A DNA stretch of 40,703 nt from Spirochaetia bacterium (lineage in GTDB: Bacteria; Spirochaetota; Spirochaetia; SPDA01; CAZSGZ01), in contig JBKHAJ010000001.1 of NCBI GenBank assembly GCA_046542935.1, positions 1 through 40,703 of the forward strand, given 5' to 3'. Below the pieces are notes generated by a model. The model saw only the letters and a program-made list of their open reading frames with translations, was not told the origin of the DNA and made no database searches. The translations under genes were made by a program, and so were the position numbers. Position 1 is the stretch's first letter; every line of letters starts with the position of its first letter. Shown one piece after another: positions 33,979-40,703 of the stretch.

Positions 33979-35715
33979 ATGGCAAACGAGGAAGCACTCG
34001 AAAAAATCAGACATTCCACCGCTCACGTCATGGCGGAAGCGGTGCTTTCCCTCTTTCCCCGGGGAAAGGTCGCCATCGGACCGTCAATCGAGAACGGGTT
34101 CTACTACGATTTCGATCTTCCCCGCCCATTAGTCCCGGAGGACTTGGAGACCATCGAGGCCAAGATGAAGGAAATCATCAATGAAAACCGGGAATTCAAG
34201 CGCCGGGTCCTGTCCCGGAACGAGGCCTTGGAGCTCTTCAAGGAACAGCCCTATAAGCTCGAGCTCATCCGGGACCTCCCCGGGGGCGAAGAGATATCGG
34301 TCTACTCCCAGGACGGGTTCACCGACCTCTGCCGGGGGCCCCATGTGGAGAGCACCGGGGAGCTCAATGCGGAGGCTTTCAAGCTTCTCTCCATAGCCGG
34401 CGCCTACTGGCGGGGTAAGGAAACCAATCCCATGCTCCAGCGGATCTACGGGACCGCCTGGCAGAACCCGAAGGAGCTGCGCAAATACCTGCAGCACCTT
34501 CAGGAGGTGGAAAAGCGGGACCACCGCCGTCTGGGGAAGGAGCTCGATCTCTTTTCGCTCCAGGACCAGGCCGGTCCGGGCTTAGTCTACTGGCACCCCA
34601 ACGGGGCCCGCATCCGCCTCGCTATCGAAGACTACTGGCGGAAGCGGCATATCGAGAGCGGTTACGATATCCTCTTTACACCCCACATCGGAAAGTCCTG
34701 GCTTTGGGAGACCTCGGGGCATCTGGATTTCTATAAAGAGGGGATGTACTCCTCCATGGAGGTGGACGAACAGGACTACTACATCAAACCGATGAACTGC
34801 CCCTTCCACATCCTGATCTACAATTCCTCATTGAGGTCCTATCGGGAGCTTCCTCTTCGTTGGGCCGAGCTCGGGACCGTCTACCGCTACGAGCGTTCAG
34901 GGGTCCTCCACGGACTCATGCGGGTCCGGGGCTTTACCCAGGACGACGCCCATATCATCTGTACTCCCGAGCAGATGGACTCGGAGGTGCTGGAGGTTCT
35001 CCGGTTCAGTTTGAGCATGTGGGAGGCCTTCGGGTTCAAGGAGATCAAGGCCTATCTCGCCACCCGGCCCGAGAAGAGTGTAGGCGATGAGTCTCAATGG
35101 ACCCAGGCCGGAGAATCGCTTAAGAAGGCCATCGAGGCCGAGGGGCTCGACTACGAAGTGGACCACGGCGGGGGGGCCTTCTACGGTCCGAAGATCGATC
35201 TAAAGATAAAAGACGCCCTGGGAAGAGAATGGCAAATGACCACCGTTCAGTTCGATTTCAACGAGCCCAATCTCTTCGACATGACCTACGTCGACGCCGA
35301 CGGCAAGGAAAAACGTCCCTATATGATCCACCGCGCCCTCTTGGGGTCCTTGGAGCGGTTCTTCGGGGTGCTGATCGAGCACTACGGCGGGGCCTTCCCG
35401 GTGTGGCTCGCCCCGGTGCAGTCGGTGGTGATTCCGGTGGCCCCGGCCTTCGACGAATACGCCGGGACTGTTGCCGATAAGCTCATGGCGGCGGGAATCC
35501 GTGCGGAGGCGGACTTGAGCGACGGAAGGATGAACGCCAAGATCCGGGCCGCCCAGAACCGGAAGGTGCCGTATATGATCATATTAGGCGAGAAAGAAGA
35601 GTCCGCCGGGACCGTTTCCATCCGGCCGCGGCAGGGGAATCAGATGCAGGGGCTCGCGGTGGAAGAAGCTATCACCTTCGTCCGTAATAAGATCGACGGA
35701 AAGGAGCTCCTATGA
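33979..35715 (+). CDS. thrS: threonine--tRNA ligase lacking the N-terminal TGS domain
   Basis: It starts at the editing-domain HxxxH ([12 protein letters not shown]). Class II motifs are [36 protein letters not shown]-like and [10 protein letters not shown]. GGAGG lies upstream. Confidence 0.95.
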   Translation: [578 protein letters not shown]

Positions 35716-37235
35716 GCAACCCCCTCGCCGAACTGAAAGAGGCGGGCAGGGAAATCTATCTCTTAGGTCACGCCGGGGCGGTCCTCGGATGGGACCAGGA
35801 GACCTACATGCCCCCCGCCGCCGTGGAGGAGCGCTCCGAGCAGCTGAGCCTCTTGGAAGGTCTTCTCCACGACCGGTTAACCGATTCCCGATTGACAAAG
35901 CTCTTCGCCGAGCTCGGAGCCACCGAGGAGAATCCCGCCGGTACGGCCGCGGAAAGCGAGGTCGACCGGGGATACATTAGGAAGTTTTTCCGGGACTACA
36001 CCCTGGCAACGAAGCTTCCCAAGAGGCTGGTCGTCGAGCTTGCCCGTCAGTCGAGTATCGGTCAAAACCGGTGGGTCGAGGCGCGGAAGAATTCCGATTT
36101 CTCCCTCTTCGAGCCGGTCCTTACCAAGCTCCTGGAGCTCAGCCGGGAGAAGGCGGAGCTCTACGGTTACGAGAATCACCCCTATGACGCATTGTTAGAC
36201 CAGTACGAGCCCGGCATGCGGACGGCGAAGGTAAAAAAGGTCTTCGATGATCTCATCCCGGGACTCAAAAACCTGCTTGGAAAGATCGAAACGGCGGTGC
36301 AGGTGGAAGACGGCTTCCTCCATGCCGCTTATCCGGTGGAGCTCCAGCGCCAATTCTCGAGGGAGGTCTTAGACGATATCGGGTATGATTTCGAAAGGGG
36401 GCGCCTCGACGATTCGGCCCATCCCTTTACTACCACCCTCGGCGCGGACGATGTGAGGATCACTTCCCGGTACAACGAATCCTACTTCCCCACGGGGTTC
36501 TTCGGCGTAGTCCACGAGTGCGGCCACGGGCTCTACGAGCTCGGGTTTTCCGATGAGATTCGGGGGAATATTCTCGCCGACGGCGCATCCCTTGGTATCC
36601 ACGAGTCTCAGTCACGGACGTGGGAGAACATCATCGGGCGGAGCCGTTTTTTCTGGCAGCGTTACTTTACCCGCCTGGGTGAGCTCTTTCCTCAGCCTCT
36701 CCTCGACACCGACGAAGAAGGATTTTTTCGGGCGGTCAACAAAGTCGAGCCGTCGTTTATACGAATCGACGCCGATGAAGTTACCTACAATCTTCATATC
36801 GCGCTGCGTTTCGGACTCGAGCTCGATATGATCTCGGGCAGACTTCCGGTACGGAACCTTCCCGACGAATGGAACCGACGATTCACGGATCTCTTAGGGC
36901 TTACCCCCGTCGATGACGCCGAGGGGGTGCTTCAGGACATCCATTGGTCCTTCGCCGCCTTCGGGTATTTTCCGACCTATACCCTGGGAAACCTCTACGG
37001 AGCCCAGTTCTTCCGTGCCCTTGAACGAGATCTTCCGGATTGGGCGGATCTGATCCGCACCGGGGACTTCTCCAGCCTGCTTACATGGATGAGGGAGCGG
37101 ATTCACCGGCACGGAAGCGTGTATACCTCCGAGGAACTCTGCGAGAGGGTTACCGGCGCCGCTCTCGATCCGCGGCATTTCATCCAATACCTGAACGAGA
37201 AGTTCGGCTCAGTATATGAACTGTCAGGGGATTGA
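35712..37235 (+). CDS. M32 carboxypeptidase (Taq-type metallocarboxypeptidase)
   Basis: HECGHGLYE (HExxH), HESQSR and DIHWS motifs are characteristic of family M32. It has an ATGA overlap with thrS and AAGGAG upstream. Confidence 0.9.
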   Translation: MSNPLAELKEAGREIYLLGHAGAVLGWDQETYMPPAAVEERSEQLSLLEGLLHDRLTDSRLTKLFAELGATEENPAGTAAESEVDRGYIRKFFRDYTLATKLPKRLVVELARQSSIGQNRWVEARKNSDFSLFEPVLTKLLELSREKAELYGYENHPYDALLDQYEPGMRTAKVKKVFDDLIPGLKNLLGKIETAVQVEDGFLHAAYPVELQRQFSREVLDDIGYDFERGRLDDSAHPFTTTLGADDVRITSRYNESYFPTGFFGVVHECGHGLYELGFSDEIRGNILADGASLGIHESQSRTWENIIGRSRFFWQRYFTRLGELFPQPLLDTDEEGFFRAVNKVEPSFIRIDADEVTYNLHIALRFGLELDMISGRLPVRNLPDEWNRRFTDLLGLTPVDDAEGVLQDIHWSFAAFGYFPTYTLGNLYGAQFFRALERDLPDWADLIRTGDFSSLLTWMRERIHRHGSVYTSEELCERVTGAALDPRHFIQYLNEKFGSVYELSGD

Positions 37236-37965
37236 TCCGGCAAATCCCTTCCTCTGGATTCTGGCCGCGGGCTTTTTTGCCGGAGCCGCGGTAAGCAGAC
37301 TTACCGGAATTCCCTCCCGGACCCGCAATCCCCGGCGTGCAGCGGCTTTGAAATGGCCCTTGTTCAGCATCTACCTGTCAATAGCCCTCCTCCTTTCAGC
37401 GGCGGGACTTATTTTTTCGGAGCCCCACAGATTCCTCACCTCGGGATCGCTCTACTTCTTCCTGTGTGTAGCGGCGGTAAGCCTCGCGGGCAACAGGTTC
37501 AAGCGGGCGGTGGGGGCTCCTCTCTTCTTTATTTTCTTAGGATGGTTCGTATACCTTCAGCTGGTACTTACCGGTTGGAGCTGTTACTTCGGTACCGAAG
37601 AGATAGCCCGGCTCAGGGTACTCGACCGCGGAGAAGAGAGGGTTGTTCTTTCAGTCGAGAGGGGGGATTCCGTGGATATCTTCGAAACCTCCGGGCCGGT
37701 CCCTAAGGTAGGAGTGACGGTCCTCGAAATCGATTCGCCCTACGTGCTCCACGGCGGGAAGAACTACTACCGTTTCTTAGAAGTGGACGGCGCCGACGAT
37801 ACCCTCCCGGACGGAGGGGAACGACACGCAAAACGGCTCGCTTCCGTGATGCCGGGGATGCGCTATCGACGGCATACGGCTTCCCTTGATGAAGAGGTCG
37901 AGCTCTTTCAGCTTTATAGGATCGTCCTCGACGGCACCGAGGTCACCGTCCGGGCCGTGTACTGA
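37216..37965 (+). CDS. hypothetical membrane protein (about 4 TM + soluble C-terminal domain)
   Basis: The ATG overlaps the carboxypeptidase 3' end by 20 nt. It has hydrophobic helices (FLWILAAGFFAGAAV, LFSIYLSIALLLSAAGLIF and others). No motif was recognised. Confidence 0.5.
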   Translation: MNCQGIDPANPFLWILAAGFFAGAAVSRLTGIPSRTRNPRRAAALKWPLFSIYLSIALLLSAAGLIFSEPHRFLTSGSLYFFLCVAAVSLAGNRFKRAVGAPLFFIFLGWFVYLQLVLTGWSCYFGTEEIARLRVLDRGEERVVLSVERGDSVDIFETSGPVPKVGVTVLEIDSPYVLHGGKNYYRFLEVDGADDTLPDGGERHAKRLASVMPGMRYRRHTASLDEEVELFQLYRIVLDGTEVTVRAVY

Positions 37966-38002
37966 TCGCTCGACGTTCCTATCAATCTTAGTCTTCAGGT
38001 CC

Positions 38003-38788
38003 TTACCCCCCGGAATCATCCTCCCTTTTGATTCTCCGCATTACGAACGCCTTGTCGAAGATGCTCGCCACTAAGGCGGCTCCCACGGCGTACTCGAGGA
38101 TGCCGACCAGCTCAGGTGCCCCCAGGTAGGGGACATTGAGGAACTCGAGGATCTCGAAGAGATACAGTCCCATGGTTGCGAAAACCGTGACCTTCCCTAG
38201 AAAGCTCCCGGTCGAATCCAATCGGTCTTTCGCCGCAAAGACATAAATGATCCATCCTGTTTGAAAGGTGAGACGGAACATGAGGAGGAGGAAAAACCAC
38301 AGCGGAATGAGCTCGAAGATGAAAAAGAGGATCGAAATGACTCCGAGGACGGAATAGTCACTGGCGCTGTCGATGTATTTCCCTATCTGGGTGGTTTGGT
38401 TGAGCTTCCGGGAGATCATCCCGTCGAAGAGATCGGTCAGGAATACGACGGCGGTAAAAACGGCAAGGAAGGGCAGCACCGGTTTCTCCCGCACTAACAG
38501 GAGGAGATAGACCAGGGTGGGGAGCGAGCTGACCCGAAAAAGGGTTATGATATTCGCCGCGTTGATCCGATTCAGGGGAGTCTTCGAGGGAAGGAGGTAG
38601 AAGTATCGCCGAAGAGCAATAAGCCCTCCGAGGAGCAGGGCATGAAAGCCCGCCGTAATCGGATAGAAGCCGATATAATCGCCAATTCGAGCTTCGTAAA
38701 TGATAAGTATACCGGTAAAAAGAATGGTTTGCAGGAGGAAAAATATTATGATCGTCAGTACGATGCTGCTCTTGAGCTCTCTGGCCAT
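38003..38788 (-). CDS. CDP-alcohol phosphatidyltransferase family protein (substrate unknown)
   Basis: The signature D-x2-DG-x2-(S/A)R-x8-G-x3-D-x3-D is seen as DLFDGMISRKLNQTTQIGKYIDSASD. It is polytopic, with GGAGGA upstream. Confidence 0.85.
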   Translation of the reverse strand: MARELKSSIVLTIIIFFLLQTILFTGILIIYEARIGDYIGFYPITAGFHALLLGGLIALRRYFYLLPSKTPLNRINAANIITLFRVSSLPTLVYLLLLVREKPVLPFLAVFTAVVFLTDLFDGMISRKLNQTTQIGKYIDSASDYSVLGVISILFFIFELIPLWFFLLLMFRLTFQTGWIIYVFAAKDRLDSTGSFLGKVTVFATMGLYLFEILEFLNVPYLGAPELVGILEYAVGAALVASIFDKAFVMRRIKREDDSGG

Positions 38789-38877
38789 ATCCTCCTATAA
38801 TCTAAGGCGCCTGTCCCGGTGCAGTCAATAGCCGGGCTTAAGGACCGCCGGCGCGGCATTCTAAAAATTCCGGACCG

Positions 38878-38906
38878 TTGACAGAGAAGCGCGGTGATAA
38901 CATACT
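38878..38906 (+). promoter_or_regulatory. candidate promoter giving a leaderless pgsA mRNA
   Basis: TTGACA (38878-38883), 17-nt spacer, CATACT (38901-38906). ATG 38913 lies 7 nt after the -10, and no SD is present. Confidence 0.4.
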
Positions 38907-38912
38907 GTTGTC

Positions 38913-39509
38913 ATGACGATACCGAACGTACTGTCTTCGCTCAGGCTGGTCCTGTCGCCGATCTTCTTTATCGTGTATTTCGCTCCGGTCTGGTTCGGGC
39001 TTCCCTTAGAGATTGCGATCGGGGTCCTATGGTTCTTGGGTATCATCATCGAGGTCTCCGATGCGCTGGACGGACATCTGGCCCGTAAGCTGGATCAAGT
39101 GAGCGATACCGGAAAGCTCCTAGACCCCTATTCAGACGTTATCAGCCGGTGTACTTACTTTCTGTGTTTTTCCTTTTCCGGAATCATGCCCATATGGATC
39201 TTCCTCATCATCTTTTACCGGGAGCTGAGCATCGCCTTCGTTCGGCTGGTAATGCTCAAGCGGGGCGTTGTTATGGCGGCCCGGTGGAGCGGAAAGCTCA
39301 AGGCTTCGAGCTATACCTTGGCCGGTGTCGTAGGTATGGCCGCCTATACCGTCCGCGGTCTCGCAAGTGCTTCGAGGGTCAACACAATCTTTCGATGGGC
39401 AGCTTTCGGAATCTTCGTCCTTGCCGCTCTTCTCGCTGTGATAAGCTTCACCGATTATCTTAGGATCTTGAGAAAGAGCCGTCCCGGGAACGGGGAAAAA
39501 GAGAAATAG
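38913..39509 (+). CDS. pgsA: CDP-diacylglycerol--glycerol-3-phosphate 3-phosphatidyltransferase
   Basis: N-terminus IPNVLSSLRLVLSPIF and signature DALDGHLARKLDQVSDTGKLLDPYSD. The size (198 aa) and topology are typical of PgsA. Confidence 0.8.
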   Translation: MTIPNVLSSLRLVLSPIFFIVYFAPVWFGLPLEIAIGVLWFLGIIIEVSDALDGHLARKLDQVSDTGKLLDPYSDVISRCTYFLCFSFSGIMPIWIFLIIFYRELSIAFVRLVMLKRGVVMAARWSGKLKASSYTLAGVVGMAAYTVRGLASASRVNTIFRWAAFGIFVLAALLAVISFTDYLRILRKSRPGNGEKEK

Positions 39510-39512
39510 GCC

Positions 39513-40343
39513 GTGCAGTCTCTGGATGGGCTCTCCCGCGACTCCCTTGCCCAGGTAAGATATATTCTCACCGACATCGACGATACCCTGACACGGGGAG
39601 GGAAGCTCCTTCCCGAGGCATACTCGGCTCTGTGGCGCCTAGAGGGTTCGAGGCGGATAGTTGTCCCGGTTACGGGACGGCCCGCCGGATGGTGTGACTG
39701 CATTATCAGGCAGTGGCCGGTGCGGGCGGTAGTAGGAGAGAACGGGGCCTTTGCCCTCCTCGAGAAGAAGGGGGAAATCTCCGTTTTACTCCACCCGGAA
39801 GTCGAGGCGGACAACGAAGGGCGGGGGAATGGAAATGGGCTTCGAACCCGCTTTCCGGAGGCATCCGGCGATCCGAGACTCGAGGACATCTATCGGGCAA
39901 TCAAAAAAGAGATCCCCGAGGCTCGCAAGGCCAAGGATCAGTTTGCAAGGTTGTACGATTTGGCGGTCGATTTTAGGGAAGACGAGCCTAAGCTCGATCT
40001 GTCGGCGGCCGAAAGGATGAAAGGCATAGCAGAGGAGCATGGTGCCCGTGCAAAAGTGAGCTCGATCCACGTCAATATCTGGTTCGGGGACTACGATAAG
40101 CTCGGCATGACCTGCTACATGATGTCCGAGGTGTTCGGATTATCCGAGGCGGAGGTCAAGCGGCAAGTCATGTTCGTGGGGGACAGCCCTAACGACGAGC
40201 CGATGTTTCGTTTCTTCCCGGTGAGTGTAGGGGTTGCTAACGTTCGGGAGTACGAGGGGATGATGACCTCGCTCCCTAAATACTGTACGCGATCGCCCTA
40301 CGGGATCGGTTTCGCGGAAGCCGCTGTGAAGCTGGGGGAGTGA
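39513..40343 (+). CDS. HAD-superfamily (IIB-like) phosphatase
   Basis: Motif I ILTDIDDTLT, motif II VPVTGR and motif IV VGDSPNDEPMF. A GTG start lies 3 nt after the pgsA stop, and there is no in-frame ATG near the N-terminus. Confidence 0.75.
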   Translation: MQSLDGLSRDSLAQVRYILTDIDDTLTRGGKLLPEAYSALWRLEGSRRIVVPVTGRPAGWCDCIIRQWPVRAVVGENGAFALLEKKGEISVLLHPEVEADNEGRGNGNGLRTRFPEASGDPRLEDIYRAIKKEIPEARKAKDQFARLYDLAVDFREDEPKLDLSAAERMKGIAEEHGARAKVSSIHVNIWFGDYDKLGMTCYMMSEVFGLSEAEVKRQVMFVGDSPNDEPMFRFFPVSVGVANVREYEGMMTSLPKYCTRSPYGIGFAEAAVKLGE

Positions 40344-40412
40344 GCATGTAAATGCCTTAAAGAACGGAAAACACCAATCTTTGGGGCAGTTTAACAATTT
40401 CCTCATATCCCC

Positions 40413-40441
40413 TTGACATAAATTCGACTAAAATGTATATT
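40413..40441 (+). promoter_or_regulatory. near-consensus sigma70 promoter P1
   Basis: TTGACA (40413-40418), exactly 17 nt, TATATT (40436-40441), in an AT-rich non-coding tail. Confidence 0.6.
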
Positions 40442-40559
40442 GCCCTCATAACAAAAAACGAAAGCAGCCGTAACGGTAACCCCCGGCTGAAAGACGGGGG
40501 ATAGCTTCGAGAAGAGCACAACAGTTGCGGCGGTTCGTTAAAAATGATTTGTCTCCTTA

Positions 40560-40588
40560 TTGACAAAAATTTTTTTTCTAGGTATATT
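40560..40588 (+). promoter_or_regulatory. near-consensus sigma70 promoter P2 (same hexamers as P1)
   Basis: TTGACA (40560-40565), 17-nt A/T-rich spacer, TATATT (40583-40588). It lies 147 bp downstream of P1. Confidence 0.6.
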
Positions 40589-40592
40589 GGAA

Positions 40593-40620
40593 GTCCGCCC
40601 TCTAAAAAGGCGGGCTTTTT
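40593..40620 (+). terminator. intrinsic-terminator-like hairpin immediately downstream of P2
   Basis: A 7-bp stem GTCCGCC/GGCGGGC (one G-U pair) with a 9-nt loop is followed by T5 (40616-40620). Confidence 0.5.
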
Positions 40621-40703
40621 AAGCGACGTGTGTCCGCCGTGCAAGCGGCCGGGCACCGACAGAAATGGTCTTTGACAAGGAATTAGGGAAGGGAGAATTA
40701 AGA

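Noticed and set aside
40465-40500. Two adjacent 6-bp hairpins (CAGCCG/CGGCTG and CCCCCG/CGGGGG) that might form alternative riboswitch-like structures
   Set aside because: They share only 2 nt, so they are not truly mutually exclusive. The stems are short and I could not match any known riboswitch or SRP/6S/RNase P core. This is mentioned only as part of the possible P1 transcript.
40357-40656. 99-aa minus-strand ORF in the AT-rich tail
   Set aside because: It has no RBS and an odd composition, and it spans two consensus plus-strand promoters and a hairpin. The region is more plausibly non-coding.
1-40703. Search for CRISPR arrays, IS elements, integrases, prophage genes and toxin-antitoxin or defence-system signatures
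   Set aside because: I saw no regularly spaced repeats of CRISPR type and no transposase or integrase motifs. The only STAND NTPase carries a clear DNA-binding SARP module and sits in a metabolic locus, so I interpret it as a transcription factor and not an Avs-like defence protein.

Overview
High-GC (about 57-62% in hand-sampled 60-nt stretches), densely coding bacterial chromosomal window with about 36 supportable CDS. I found no rRNA, tRNA, CRISPR array, transposase or integrase. All protein calls rest on motifs read from the supplied translations, because no database search was possible.

Housekeeping genes:
- aroK-aroC
- yidC
- an N-terminally short thrS
- an M32 carboxypeptidase
- pgsA and a second CDP-alcohol phosphatidyltransferase
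- a PRPP-synthetase-like gene followed by a GT4 glycosyltransferase
- a PAS-GGDEF-EAL protein
- a beta-barrel outer-membrane protein (OMP)

The gene content (tungsten-type aldehyde:ferredoxin oxidoreductase (AOR), polyferredoxin, OMPs ending in F) suggests an anaerobic diderm, possibly a spirochaete. That assignment is a weak inference.

Main point of interest: a split locus at about 12.4-22.8 kb and 28.2-32.1 kb. It contains:
- three paralogous saccharopine-dehydrogenase-family (SDH-family) oxidoreductases
- two class-III (omega-amine) aminotransferases
- a Na+/solute symporter with a 42-aa companion membrane peptide
- a polyferredoxin-AOR-SDH operon
- a divergent ThiS/MoaD-like GG-terminal carrier
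- a 1090-aa STAND-ATPase/TPR regulator carrying its SARP (wHTH+BTAD) module at the C-terminus

I read this as a candidate ferredoxin-linked anaerobic catabolic system for a secondary or omega-amine (polyamine, lysine/saccharopine or opine-like). The substrate cannot be read from the sequence.

The locus is interrupted at 22.9-28.2 kb by a lower-GC envelope/sensing block. That block holds a mini-lipoprotein, a YD-like repeat protein, a histidine kinase with a convergent overlapping response regulator, an HExxH aminopeptidase and a DUF4168-like protein.

Other points:
- a 996-aa peptidase/beta-propeller/beta-barrel fusion is co-oriented with aroK-aroC
- two identical consensus promoters with an embedded terminator hairpin lie at the 3' end of the window
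- several phased AT-rich repeats lie in the locus promoters
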